Below the pieces are notes generated by a model. It searched no databases and had not been told where the DNA came from. It saw nothing but the letters and a program-made list of their open reading frames with translations. This document shows, piece after piece, positions 19,467 to 29,508 of a stretch of DNA of 64,000 bases. Each line of letters begins with the position of its first letter. The first letter of the stretch is position 1. This stretch comes from Acidobacteriota bacterium (lineage in GTDB: Bacteria > Acidobacteriota > UBA6911). Position numbers and translations under genes: made by a program. Location: contig OY761556.1 in assembly GCA_963664705.1 (NCBI GenBank), positions 3,552,001 to 3,616,000 on the forward strand, written 5' to 3'.

Positions 19467-20537
19467 ATGTTTAAACGGCTTGGAATAGTTGCAGTCATTT
19501 TTTTATTGGCCCTTTGCAGTGCGATCCCGGCTCAACAAAAGCCGGCGGCTCCCGGACTCACGGTTCCCGCCAATCCTGTCGCGGCCGCCGCTGCAGCCTC
19601 AACAAACGCAGAGTCTGATCTGGTTGTCCTTCGAGTTTCCGGCGAACCCATTACCGAAAAGCAGGTAATGGCGGCCATGGAAGTTTTAGCAAAACAGATT
19701 GTGTTAAAGCCGGATCAGCAGAACCAGCGCAATGCCATCCTGTTCAAGGGAGCGATTGATAATCTCGTCATTACGACATTGCTGAGGGCCGAAGCCAGAA
19801 AACAGAATATATCGGTACCCAAGGAAATGATTGATCAGCAATTCGACTCGTTCGCCAAGCGCTTTCCCAGCATGGAGGAATTCAAAAAAGCGCTGGCTGA
19901 ACACGACTCCAATGAGGAGAAACTGAGAAAGTCCATTGAGGAAACGCTGAGCGCCCAGGAGGTATTGGAAAAAGTAGCCGATAAGATACCCGATCCTTCT
20001 GACGAGGAAGTGCAGCGGGCTTATGACAACAACCCCTACAGTGTGCCGGAACGTATGCACCTGGCACAGATCTTTATTAAGGCAGATCCAGGCAGCACGC
20101 CTGAACAAAAGGCAGAGCTCAGAAAAAAACTCGAAAGTATTCGAGCCGATATTGAAGCCAAAAAAATTACTTTTGCCGAAGCCGCCGACAAGAACTCACA
20201 GGCTGCCGCAGGGGCGCCCAAAGGTGGAGATATCGGGCTGATTGCAAAAGCGCAGATTACGGTTAAAGAACTTGCAGAAGCGGTATTTTCAACGGCACCT
20301 GGCTCTATGACGCCGGTTATCGAAGGCCCCCAGGGCTTTCACCTTGTAAATGTCATGGACATCAAGCCCGCAGGCAAACGTCCGCTGGAAGAGATAAAGC
20401 CGATGATCCAACAGCAGCTGAAACTGGCGGCCCAGCAATCGGCAACGCGAAAATATGCAGAGGAACTGAAAGCCAAAGCCATGATCGAGCCGTTCATGAC
20501 AGCGGATGAATTTGAGAAGCGCCATCCGGCGGACTGA
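19467..20537 (+). CDS. Peptidylprolyl isomerase (SurA N-terminal + PpiC/parvulin domain)
   Basis: Signal peptide; HLAQIFI, FAEAADKNSQ, GGDIG, GPQGFHLV. Confidence 0.88.
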   Translation: MFKRLGIVAVIFLLALCSAIPAQQKPAAPGLTVPANPVAAAAAASTNAESDLVVLRVSGEPITEKQVMAAMEVLAKQIVLKPDQQNQRNAILFKGAIDNLVITTLLRAEARKQNISVPKEMIDQQFDSFAKRFPSMEEFKKALAEHDSNEEKLRKSIEETLSAQEVLEKVADKIPDPSDEEVQRAYDNNPYSVPERMHLAQIFIKADPGSTPEQKAELRKKLESIRADIEAKKITFAEAADKNSQAAAGAPKGGDIGLIAKAQITVKELAEAVFSTAPGSMTPVIEGPQGFHLVNVMDIKPAGKRPLEEIKPMIQQQLKLAAQQSATRKYAEELKAKAMIEPFMTADEFEKRHPAD

Positions 20538-20555
20538 TTTTGCCTAAAACACAAA

Positions 20556-20588
20556 GGCGCGAGGCTCAAACCCTCGAGTCCTCGCGCC
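20556..20588. terminator. Hairpin between convergent PPIase and ilvD genes
   Basis: GGCGCGAGGCTC...GAGTCCTCGCGCC with A-rich flanks. Confidence 0.6.
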
Positions 20589-20605
20589 ACAAAACTGCGG
20601 GTCCC

Positions 20606-22441
20606 TTATTCCTTGGGAAGAACCCTGACCGCCCCCTTATCCGCAGACTCTGCAAAAAGAGCATAGGCGCGGAGAGCCGTTGATATCTGCCGCGAGCGTT
20701 TCGGTTTGAATGCAGAAGAACCTTTCGCCAGCTCCTGACCGCGTCTATCGGCAAGTTCCTTATCACTGACCGCCAGTTCGATTTTCCGGCCGGGGATATC
20801 GATGCGAATCGTATCGCCGTTTCGAACCAGTGCAATCGCGCCCTGGGCTGCCGCCTCCGGGGAAACGTGTCCGATTGAAAGCCCTGATGTCCCTCCCGAA
20901 AAACGACCATCGGTAATGAGGGCGCACTGGGCACCCAGGTGCATGGATTTGATGTAGGATGTGGGGTAGAGCATTTCCTGCATGCCGGGACCGCCCTTGG
21001 GTCCTTCATACCGGATAACAACGATATTCCCGGCTTTCACCTCGCCTCCCAGTATCCCTTCAATAGCCAATTCCTGCGAATCGTATACGCAGGCAGTGCC
21101 GGTAAATTGAAAAATGGACGGATCGACGCCGGCTGTTTTTACGATACACCCGTTTTCGGCAATATTTCCGGATAGCACTGCCAGCCCACCGTCCTTGAAA
21201 TAGCAGTGTGCAAGATCACGAATGCACCCGGCCTTTCGATCAAGGTCCGCCTCCGAATAAAATGCATCCTGGGATGCCAGCTCCAGGTTTCGCCCTTTTG
21301 CCCCGGGAGCGCTCAAATACATATGGCGCGCTTCGCTTGATACGGTCGCCCGTGTGATATCGCACGTATCGAGAACAGTCTTCAGGCTTGGCGCATCCAC
21401 GCGCCCGACGGAGGCATCAATCAAGTGGGATCTCTCGAGTTCTCCCAGGATGGCCATAATTCCACCGGCCCGGTGCACATCCTCCATATGGTAGGACGAA
21501 CTGGGCGCCACCTTGCACAGGACGGGAATCTTCCGGGAGAGACGGTCGATATCCGACATCGTAAAATCAACGTCCGCTTCACGGGCAACTGCGAGCAAAT
21601 GCAGCACCGTGTTGGTCGATCCGCCCATCGCAATGTCCAGCGACATTGCATTCAGAAAGGCCTGCCGCGTTGCGATGGACCTCGGCAAAACCGAGATATC
21701 GTCCCGTTCGTAGCGCGCAACGGCCATCTCGACAATCCGTTTAGCGGCCTTTTCGAACAGCTGGATGCGATTCCTGTGTGTGGCCACGATAGTCCCGTTG
21801 CCAGGCAAGGCCATTCCGAGCGCCTCGGCAAGACAATTCATGGAATTCGCAGTGAACATGCCGGAGCATGATCCGCACGTCGGACAGGCGGCCGCTTCCA
21901 GCGTTGAAATCTCCTGGTCGGATACGCTGGGATCGGCCGCGAGAACCATTGCGTCGATCAAATCGTAGCGCTTCGACCCGACGATGCCAGCTTCCATCGG
22001 TCCACCGGAAACGAAGATGGAGGGTATATTCAGCCGCATCGCAGCCATCAGCATGCCCGGAGTGATCTTGTCGCAATTGGAAATGCAGATCATGGCATCA
22101 GCCATATGGGCGTTGACCATGTACTCCACACTGTCGGCGATCAGTTCCCGCGACGGAAGGGAATAGAGCATTCCCTCATGCCCCATGGCAATCCCGTCAT
22201 CGATAGCAATGGTATTGAACTCAGCAGCAAAACAACCCTGTGCTTCAATAATCCGTTTTACCTGCTGCCCGATCTCATGCAGATGAACATGTCCGGGGAC
22301 AAATTGTGTAAACGAGTTGACGATGGCAATCACCGGCTTCCCGATCTGGTCTTCGCGCATTCCGTTTGCGCGCCAGAGACTGCGAGCTCCGGCCATTCGC
22401 CTTCCTTCGGTTGTCGTGGCACTTCTCAGTTTTGTAGGCAT
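20606..22441 (-). CDS. ilvD: Dihydroxy-acid dehydratase
   Basis: [65 protein letters not shown]. Confidence 0.97.
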   Translation of the reverse strand: MPTKLRSATTTEGRRMAGARSLWRANGMREDQIGKPVIAIVNSFTQFVPGHVHLHEIGQQVKRIIEAQGCFAAEFNTIAIDDGIAMGHEGMLYSLPSRELIADSVEYMVNAHMADAMICISNCDKITPGMLMAAMRLNIPSIFVSGGPMEAGIVGSKRYDLIDAMVLAADPSVSDQEISTLEAAACPTCGSCSGMFTANSMNCLAEALGMALPGNGTIVATHRNRIQLFEKAAKRIVEMAVARYERDDISVLPRSIATRQAFLNAMSLDIAMGGSTNTVLHLLAVAREADVDFTMSDIDRLSRKIPVLCKVAPSSSYHMEDVHRAGGIMAILGELERSHLIDASVGRVDAPSLKTVLDTCDITRATVSSEARHMYLSAPGAKGRNLELASQDAFYSEADLDRKAGCIRDLAHCYFKDGGLAVLSGNIAENGCIVKTAGVDPSIFQFTGTACVYDSQELAIEGILGGEVKAGNIVVIRYEGPKGGPGMQEMLYPTSYIKSMHLGAQCALITDGRFSGGTSGLSIGHVSPEAAAQGAIALVRNGDTIRIDIPGRKIELAVSDKELADRRGQELAKGSSAFKPKRSRQISTALRAYALFAESADKGAVRVLPKE

Positions 22442-22608
22442 AAGTCCCCTTTCGATTTCCGGTAAAAGGTCAAAATAGCCCATCCCTGCAACAGAATCAA
22501 CTGACAGCGCTCTTCAAAACTGGTCGCGCGGTTCATCTGGCAAAGTGCAAGGGCTTGAAACGTGTCTGAGCATTGGAACGTTCAATAGGCAAATGCTCGG
22601 ATACGCTG

Positions 22609-22791
22609 TTATTCATCCTCGCGGGAATGGGCAAGGGTCTTAACAACTAAAAGAGCAAAAACAAGCAGAACCGTGACAAGAATGAACCGGTCATTGGAGG
22701 TTCTGACGGGCAGGAGAAGGTACAATGCCGCCAGGATTAATGCTCCATAACAGCCCATGGCGAGGATCAATCTGCGATTGTTCTTTTTCAT
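22609..22791 (-). CDS. Small two-TM hypothetical membrane protein
   Basis: 60 aa; two hydrophobic helices with a basic N-terminus; co-directional with its neighbours. Confidence 0.55.
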   Translation of the reverse strand: MKKNNRRLILAMGCYGALILAALYLLLPVRTSNDRFILVTVLLVFALLVVKTLAHSREDE

Positions 22792-22852
22792 CGGGGGATT
22801 CGTATGGGATTCGCAGCGTATAAGGCTGCGAATCCCACGGATAGAAATCGTG

Positions 22853-24907
22853 CTATTTTTTGGGCTGCTCCAGACTGGCCGCAGTGAGCGAGGCTACGTC
22901 AATCACCCGCATGGTTTCGTCGCAATTCAGCAGTTTCACTGAATCCTGAAGCATGTGCATGCAATAGGCACATGCCGTCACAATTGTGTCGGCACCGGCT
23001 GCCTGCGCCTGCTTTACGCGCAAATTGTTGATGCGCTCGCCGCGTTTGAGATCCATCCAATAATGCCCGCCGCCCGCGCCGCAGCAGAGGCTTTTTTCCC
23101 GGCGATTTTTCATCTCCACCACCTGGGAATTAGGAATTGTCTTCAGAATTTCGCGCGTCGAATCAAAGATCCTTTGGTAGCGGCCGAGATAGCACGGGTC
23201 GTGATATACAAACTTCCGGGCGGGGCCGGACTGTGTCTTCAGCATATCCAGGTACATCATTTCATGGATATATTCGCTATGGTGGACCACATTAAAGTCG
23301 CCCCCGAACTGTTTGTATTCATGCTTCAGCACGTTGTAGCAGTGCGGACAACCGGTCAGCAAGACCTTGAATTCACGCTGCTTCAGAATCTCCACCTGTT
23401 CCTTCGCCGTCTGCTGAAAGAGCATTTCCTGCCCCATTACGCGAGCCGGATCACCGCAGCATTTTTCGTCGTCTCCCAGCACCCCGAAATCAATGCCGCA
23501 TCTGGTCAAGAGCGCGCAGAGATCCTCGGCAATCTTATGCTTTTGCGGATCGAAGGTAACGCAGCAGCCGATCCAGTACAGAACATCCACTTTCTCTCCC
23601 GGCCCGACCACGCGAACACCCATCTGCTCAATCCAATCCGTACGCTCAGACTGTGGACCGAAAGGATTCCCGTTTGTCTCATAGAGCCGAAGCGCACGTC
23701 CGGCTTCTTCCGGCATGCGTCCCTGGATCAGCACTTCATTGCGGCGGATTTCCATCAGGGTATCGACATGATCGATCAGCGCGGGACAGACTTCCATGCA
23801 GGCACCGCACGTCCGGCAATGCCAGATAAACTCCTCATCGAATGCCTTGCCTACAATGTCGAGGACTTCCGCAGATTCCTGACCGTCTCCATTTTTTCTC
23901 TCCCCGACGTCATTGAGAGATTTTTTCATGCGTGCCACAAGCTGGCGGGGAGTGAAATAGTCCTTGTCCGCCATGTAAGCGGGACAGACTTCCTCGCAGC
24001 GACCGCAGGAAACGCAGGTATCGAGATCCATGCGCTGCTTCCAGGTCAACTCTTCCGCCGTCTGCAATCCGATTTTGAGCTCGGCGTCATCGGCGCTTTC
24101 CATCAGCTTTTCGATGTCCGGCCGCTGCAATTCGCCCCTCGGCTTCAGCTTTGAAAAGAAGACGTTTGTGGGCAGCGAAAGCAGATGGACAAACTTCGTG
24201 TACGGAATCAGGGCAATCCAGCTCATCACCAGAATTGTATGTATCCACCACAGGGATCGGTGAATAGTCTTGCCGATGGAAGGCTCCACGCCGACAAAAA
24301 GGCCGGAAAGCGTTGCCCCTACCGGGGAGAGCATTTTCCACGCATCCCCATTAACCGCGATGCGCAGTCCTTCGACTAAATAGCCCGTGACCACCATGCA
24401 GGCAATCATCAGCAAAACCAGCCCGTCCTCGATTGTGTTGGGGACGGTCTCAGGCTTGCGCACATAACGACGGTATGCGGCCATTCCTACGCCGATAAGG
24501 ACCAGCAACCCTCCCAGTTCCGAGGCAACCGAGAAGAACACATATACAAAGCCTTTGAATATGTTGATTTCTATCCCGAGCAGATGCCCCGCATCATACT
24601 GGATCATGATGATCAGAGTTGTCACAACCAGGGCAATAAAGGAATAAAAGACAAAACAGTGCAAAATGGCCGGAAATGCCGAATTGCGAACCTGCTTCTG
24701 AAGAAAAACCTCGCGCAGCAGAATCCCTAAGCGCTTTCCCCAATCGGCCAACCGTTCGCCGTCACTCTTCCCCTTTCGCCAGAACTCAATACGCTGGTAG
24801 ACGCCCCAGGCGAAAATAGCCAGCGCGATCACAAATAGTGTGTACATTGCCCAAACCTGGGAAATGTTCCACATTAATGGTCGGGTTGCTTCAGAAAGGG
24901 GTGGCAT
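22853..24907 (-). CDS. Membrane-bound Fe-S oxidoreductase (NarI-like cytochrome b + 2x4Fe-4S + 2 CCG domains; FadF/DUF224/EMO-like)
   Basis: TM region with conserved His; CVSCGRCEEVCP, CRTCGACMEVCP, EKCCG, GCPHC, YHDPCYLGR, LCCGAGGG, ACAYC. Confidence 0.92.
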   Translation of the reverse strand: MPPLSEATRPLMWNISQVWAMYTLFVIALAIFAWGVYQRIEFWRKGKSDGERLADWGKRLGILLREVFLQKQVRNSAFPAILHCFVFYSFIALVVTTLIIMIQYDAGHLLGIEINIFKGFVYVFFSVASELGGLLVLIGVGMAAYRRYVRKPETVPNTIEDGLVLLMIACMVVTGYLVEGLRIAVNGDAWKMLSPVGATLSGLFVGVEPSIGKTIHRSLWWIHTILVMSWIALIPYTKFVHLLSLPTNVFFSKLKPRGELQRPDIEKLMESADDAELKIGLQTAEELTWKQRMDLDTCVSCGRCEEVCPAYMADKDYFTPRQLVARMKKSLNDVGERKNGDGQESAEVLDIVGKAFDEEFIWHCRTCGACMEVCPALIDHVDTLMEIRRNEVLIQGRMPEEAGRALRLYETNGNPFGPQSERTDWIEQMGVRVVGPGEKVDVLYWIGCCVTFDPQKHKIAEDLCALLTRCGIDFGVLGDDEKCCGDPARVMGQEMLFQQTAKEQVEILKQREFKVLLTGCPHCYNVLKHEYKQFGGDFNVVHHSEYIHEMMYLDMLKTQSGPARKFVYHDPCYLGRYQRIFDSTREILKTIPNSQVVEMKNRREKSLCCGAGGGHYWMDLKRGERINNLRVKQAQAAGADTIVTACAYCMHMLQDSVKLLNCDETMRVIDVASLTAASLEQPKK

Positions 24908-25012
24908 GTTTTACCTCGCTTCAGATCATTATCTTAAGTGTTTACGGACACACAGCAATCGACCGTCCCGGATAATCGTCCGTACAGCATTGGACGTTCC
25001 ATTCATCGACAG

Positions 25013-25516
25013 CTAATGGCTGACAACTTGTGACTGCTTTTGATGAACCAAACCTGCGAAGTTCATCCGAACTGGTCTTGCAACATGATAACGGTGGGAT
25101 CGAACGGAAGTACCCGGCACGGAAGGCACCCTTGGCAGAACAGGCAGCGATTCGGAACGACGACGGCACTGCTGCGAAACGCGGTCCCACAATAGGGTAG
25201 AACACCGCAGTTTCAGGCCCCGGCGATCCAGTTCTTGAAAAAAAGGCTCCAGATCCGTCATGGATCGCGAAAGCGCCCAGGCCCTTTCACAAAGGACCAC
25301 GTCAAATGTCCGGTCACAGGCCAGCAGCGCTTGAATTCCAGGTCTTTTTAAAATACTCATTCCACTCGTATCGTCTGCAAACCAGCCCACAATTTCGATC
25401 CCATGGTCGGCCGCAAACTGCTTCATGCGTTCATCCTGAATTCCGCGAGGTATAGCATCGCCGGATTCAGCGCATAGCAGATTTCTACTGTACGCAACTG
25501 CCCTTGTCATCATCAT
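25013..25516 (-). CDS. Serine recombinase (resolvase) N-terminal-like domain protein, probably inactive
   Basis: AVAYSR, Q...FAADHGIEIVGWFAD..SG....RPG, DVVL. The catalytic Ser position reads RNLL and DRLxR reads WALSR. No DNA-binding domain recognised. Confidence 0.7.
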   Translation of the reverse strand: MMMTRAVAYSRNLLCAESGDAIPRGIQDERMKQFAADHGIEIVGWFADDTSGMSILKRPGIQALLACDRTFDVVLCERAWALSRSMTDLEPFFQELDRRGLKLRCSTLLWDRVSQQCRRRSESLPVLPRVPSVPGTSVRSHRYHVARPVRMNFAGLVHQKQSQVVSH

Positions 25517-25638
25517 TCCCAGATGTTTTGACTATTAAGGCCGACTGGTCCCTATTTTACACTGTGGGCGGGTCATTATAAACGGGAAAGGTCATAGGGG
25601 ATGCCCGGACCAGTCCGATTCCGATGCCCTTTCCCCGC

Positions 25639-25689
25639 GGAAATGGAGTAATGTATGCCGTATTCGGAAATGCACTTTACTCCAATTCC
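25639..25689. repeat. Intergenic inverted repeat (GGAGTAA/TTACTCC arms)
   Basis: GGAAATGGAGTAA...TTACTCCAATTCC. Confidence 0.55.
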
Positions 25690-25732
25690 ACTCCGGTGGA
25701 ATAAGGGAGAGCGCGTTTTAAGGAGGGATTCG

Positions 25733-26308
25733 ATGAAAGTTGTTGCGTTCAATGGGAGCCCGAGAAAGCAAGGAAACACATACCTGCTGCTGAACACGGT
25801 TCTGGAAGAGATCCGGCAAGAGGGCATTGAGACGGAATTGGTGCAAATGTCGGAACGTGAACCGATCCGCGGCTGCGTTGCCTGCTATCGATGCATGCAG
25901 CAGAAAAACATGAAGTGCACCATTGAAGCCGATCCGCTCAATGAGTATTTCGAGAAGATTAGCCAAGCGGAAGGCCTTCTCCTGGGATCGCCGGTATATT
26001 TCTCGGATATCACGGCCGGTTTAAAAGGGTTGATTGAACGGTTCGGCATGGTTGGCAGGGCTAACGGAAATGTGCTGCGGCGGAAAGTTGGAGCGGGCGT
26101 TTTGGCCGTTCGCAGAGCCGGGTCCAATCATGCATTTTCGAGCATGAATTATCTTTTTCTAATCAGCGAAATGATCGTTCCGGGCTCGAACTACTGGAAT
26201 ATGGGAATAGGAAGAAATCCAGGCGAAGTGATGGAAGATGCCGAGGGAATCGCTACCATGAAGACTCTCGGGAAAAACATGGCCTGGCTGCTGAAAAAGC
26301 TTTATTAA
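25733..26308 (+). CDS. Iron-sulfur flavoprotein / NADPH-dependent FMN reductase (flavodoxin family)
   Basis: NGSPRKQGNT, GCVACYRC....C, GSPVYF; AGGAGG RBS. Confidence 0.92.
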   Translation: MKVVAFNGSPRKQGNTYLLLNTVLEEIRQEGIETELVQMSEREPIRGCVACYRCMQQKNMKCTIEADPLNEYFEKISQAEGLLLGSPVYFSDITAGLKGLIERFGMVGRANGNVLRRKVGAGVLAVRRAGSNHAFSSMNYLFLISEMIVPGSNYWNMGIGRNPGEVMEDAEGIATMKTLGKNMAWLLKKLY

Positions 26309-26403
26309 CCTCAAAGGCGAAAATAATCAAAGGGTAGCGCATCGATTCATGTCCGCGGGCAGCGGTGTGACTGTCCTTCAGCCGCATATTATTCGGGGGA
26401 CAT

Positions 26404-27648
26404 ATGAAGGAAAACAAAAAAGCTCTATACAGTTCCCGTGAGAAACGCGTTTTGGATGTTGTGGCATTGAACAAGCCGGATCGCGTACCAATTACCGCTT
26501 CGTTTTATTTCTTCCCTGCCCGCCTTTATGGATGCACGTTCCAGGAAATGATGTATGACCTGGACAAAATGTATGACATCAACCTGCGCGCCGTGCTCGA
26601 ATTCGAGCCGGACCTCGTACAAAGTCCATTTGGGACCATTCTGCCCGCATCCGTATTGGATTTGCTTGACTATAAACAGATGGCATGGCCCGGAAACCAG
26701 CTCGGACCTAACGTACCCTTCCAGTTTGTGGAGGGAGAATATATGAAGGCCGAGGAATATGACCATTTTCTCTCCGATCCGATGGATTTTGTCATCCGAA
26801 GATATTGGCCTCGAATTTCCGGTTCGCTGCAGGCCTTGGGCAATCTGCCTCCCTTCAGCAGCCCGACCAGCTTCATGTCCTATGGGATCGTCTCTCTTTT
26901 CAGTTCACCGGAAATGCAGGCGCTCCTCGATACGCTGAAGAAAGCGGGCCGCGAATTCAAGCGGCATAACACCTATGCCCAGCGCTATGAAAAGAAAATG
27001 AGGGCGGAGGGCTTCTTCACACAGGCGGGCGGCTATACCCAGGCTCCGTTCGACACCTTGGGCGACTTCCTGCGCGGGACCAAGGGGATGATGCTCGACA
27101 TGTTCCGCCGGCCCGAACTGGTGATCAAAGCCTGCGAGAAGCTCCTGCCGATGGAAATTGAGCGCGGAATCAACGGGGCGCGCCGATCAGGCGGCAAATT
27201 CGTATTCATTGCCCTGCATAAAGGCCTGGATGGTTTTATGTCTCAGCAGCAATTCGATCGATTCTACTGGCCGACACTTCGCGAGCTGATCATCGCGCTG
27301 GTTAACGCGGACCTGATTCCCTACGTTTTTGTTGAGGGGAAATGCACCAGCCGGCTCGAAGCCATGAAAGACATTCCTGCCGGCAAGGTGATCTATCGTT
27401 TTGAAGCCACCGATATGATGAAGGCCAAAGATGTCTTGCGGGATCGCGTGTGCATTCGGGGCAATGTGCCGATTTCGTTGCTTGCAACGGGCACACCCGA
27501 TGATGTGAAGGCTTACTGCAAGAACCTGATCGATTATGTGGGCCAGGACGGAGGCTTCATGATGGATGCCGCCGCTCACGTCACGGAGGCCAGGCCGGAA
27601 AACCTGCGGGCCATGTTCGATTTCACTAAGGAATACGGGGTTTACTAG
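26404..27648 (+). CDS. Uroporphyrinogen decarboxylase-family protein (MtaA/CmuA-like corrinoid methyltransferase fold)
   Basis: KPDRVP, EYMKAEEYD, APFDTLGDFLRG, FMS..FDRFYWP, GNVP, GTPDDVK, GGFMM, PEN. Confidence 0.85.
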   Translation: MKENKKALYSSREKRVLDVVALNKPDRVPITASFYFFPARLYGCTFQEMMYDLDKMYDINLRAVLEFEPDLVQSPFGTILPASVLDLLDYKQMAWPGNQLGPNVPFQFVEGEYMKAEEYDHFLSDPMDFVIRRYWPRISGSLQALGNLPPFSSPTSFMSYGIVSLFSSPEMQALLDTLKKAGREFKRHNTYAQRYEKKMRAEGFFTQAGGYTQAPFDTLGDFLRGTKGMMLDMFRRPELVIKACEKLLPMEIERGINGARRSGGKFVFIALHKGLDGFMSQQQFDRFYWPTLRELIIALVNADLIPYVFVEGKCTSRLEAMKDIPAGKVIYRFEATDMMKAKDVLRDRVCIRGNVPISLLATGTPDDVKAYCKNLIDYVGQDGGFMMDAAAHVTEARPENLRAMFDFTKEYGVY

Positions 27649-27810
27649 AAACGTGTCCGTGAGAAACAGGTGGCCGCCATTCATGCGATAGAGGGCATTT
27701 AGGGAATCCTGATCCAATAAAGTCAAAACTAGCTATCTCGTGTTCCATCACGATCATGCTAAAATTGACACAAGAAATTGTAGTCATTGATCTTTCACGA
27801 GGAGGGATGA

Positions 27811-28596
27811 ATGGCGGACTACGCGAAGCATCTTTACTTGATACTATACCCGAATGAAGCTCTAGTAGCATCGCAGCTTACACCCGAGGAATTCGGGATG
27901 CACTATTCCATCGGCAGCCCGCGCCATTTTACAGGCAAGGTTATTTTTGTCGAAGTGGATATAAACTTCAGGCATCCCTATCTTCGGCTCGATGATTATC
28001 TGAAAGGCGCGGAATCCAACGCACCAGGCAGACCCAAACGGACGAAATTCGTAAAATCCTATCGCGTGCTCGAGCACGTGGAGTTTTCAGCGTTGCAGAA
28101 ACTCTACCTCGTCACAACCGATGGCGGAGTACTGGGTCTGGAAAGAAGCCAGGAACCTTCCTATGCCGAAGGAAAAACGCGCCTTTACCAGGAGATCTGC
28201 CCACTGCGCCTTCTGGTCGCATCCAACCTGGACCCACGTCACTTTGGGCACTACATTACCTCGGAAACGTGGTCCAAGGGCGCGCCAAAGATCTTCTTTA
28301 CAAGATATGACATAGATGTGGATGCGGTTGTGGAGGAAAACGCGGTACATGCATACCACACGGGCCCGCTGCCTAACGTGAATCCCACCAACCTGCCGAC
28401 TGCACTGAAGGAACTCCGAGAAGACTCGGGCAAGAAAACCAAAACGGTAAGCCTGAATCCCAACCTGGATTACATGAGCTACAAGACTATCAAGAGTGGT
28501 TTCTGGTTCTCAGGCGGGGAGGAGACGGTCTTCTACAGGATGCCTGGAATGGATGAGCTTCACGAGAAGCACTATTCCTGGTGGCGGCGGCTGTAA
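27811..28596 (+). CDS. Conserved hypothetical protein with two-fold internal repeat
   Basis: LYLILYPNEALVASQLTPEEFGMHY repeated as LYQEICPLRLLVASNLDPRHFGHY; GAGGAGG RBS. Confidence 0.8.
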   Translation: MADYAKHLYLILYPNEALVASQLTPEEFGMHYSIGSPRHFTGKVIFVEVDINFRHPYLRLDDYLKGAESNAPGRPKRTKFVKSYRVLEHVEFSALQKLYLVTTDGGVLGLERSQEPSYAEGKTRLYQEICPLRLLVASNLDPRHFGHYITSETWSKGAPKIFFTRYDIDVDAVVEENAVHAYHTGPLPNVNPTNLPTALKELREDSGKKTKTVSLNPNLDYMSYKTIKSGFWFSGGEETVFYRMPGMDELHEKHYSWWRRL

Positions 28597-28612
28597 AGGA
28601 GATACGCATTTT

Positions 28613-28657
28613 CATTCGCGAAATTCGCGACTGTTTCCGCCGCGAATTTCGCGAATG
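28613..28657. terminator. Perfect 17-bp inverted repeat between convergent genes
   Basis: CATTCGCGAAATTCGCG-N11-CGCGAATTTCGCGAATG. Confidence 0.7.
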
Positions 28658-28675
28658 GGAAGGCGAAACCCAACC

Positions 28676-29380
28676 TTATTTCTTAAACTGCGCAATAGTA
28701 GAAGTCAACATCACCTTCTGATCCGGTCCAAGCTTGAACACTTCGGTGATTTTTGCGGCATCCACCATGGCTCGCAGGATACAAGCCAGATTTTCGGACG
28801 CGCAGTACAGATACACATTCTGAGCAATGGCTCCGACACCAACCGAACTCCACCACAATCCCACATTTTCTCCGCCATAGCTCATGGTCTTTGTCTTTGC
28901 CAGATTCGCTACATAAACCAGACTTACCGGAGCGGTCTTGGCAAAATCCTGTTTCATAGGACCGGCGCCCCCTTCCAGTCCGCAATTGGCTCGGACATCC
29001 TGCTCAAGAATAACTTTCAGGGCATGCTTTGGCGCATCATAAAGGAAAAGGCCATCGGCGGTTGCAACGTAGATATCAATATTCTGCCAATCAACAGCGG
29101 AAGGGGCCGTGCGGTGATTCCCTTCGGGTCGATTGACGCCATCTGCCGCCCAAAGCAGATTTGATAGAGTCTGCATTGACAGTTTTTCTTCCGGACCGAA
29201 GCCTCCCCGGGTGCTCTTTCTTGCTTTGAGGGCCTGCATCAAAGGCTTGCCGCCGTCGGTCTGGGGCGGCGGAAGCTGGATTACTTTTCCGGCGGATTTG
29301 GCATCCTGCGAAAAGGAAAACAGGGGGCTCATGACCAGCAATACAGCCAGGCACAGACAAGCGACGATTGTTCTCTTCAT
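28676..29380 (-). CDS. SagB/ThcOx-like nitroreductase family protein with signal peptide
   Basis: LMQALKARKSTR, LSNLLWAADGVNR, RTAPSA, AQNVYLYCASENL. Confidence 0.88.
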   Translation of the reverse strand: MKRTIVACLCLAVLLVMSPLFSFSQDAKSAGKVIQLPPPQTDGGKPLMQALKARKSTRGGFGPEEKLSMQTLSNLLWAADGVNRPEGNHRTAPSAVDWQNIDIYVATADGLFLYDAPKHALKVILEQDVRANCGLEGGAGPMKQDFAKTAPVSLVYVANLAKTKTMSYGGENVGLWWSSVGVGAIAQNVYLYCASENLACILRAMVDAAKITEVFKLGPDQKVMLTSTIAQFKK

Positions 29381-29508
29381 CAAAATTCTCCTCTCAAACT
29401 GATCGTGCTTCCATGGATTCAATCATCAGCTGATAATTTACACTTTTATACAGCGGATGCATGCAGGGCGATAGTACTTTTTCCGAAAGGAGAAGGACTC
29501 GCTGCCCG

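Noticed and set aside
22561-22605. Hairpin with an internal TGGAACGTTCAA near-palindrome upstream of ilvD, as attenuator or LacI-type operator
   Set aside because: No Ile/Leu/Val-rich leader peptide or T-box was seen; it is more simply a hairpin after the 60-aa ORF.
22955-24154. Long antisense ORFs (also 9734-10660, 14151-15113, 58219-59205, 62633-63619)
   Set aside because: They lie opposite well-supported genes and lack motifs, as expected from codon bias.
25013-25516. Transposon or integrative element around the resolvase-like gene
   Set aside because: No transposase, terminal repeats, att or tRNA site, or cargo genes; catalytic residues are missing.
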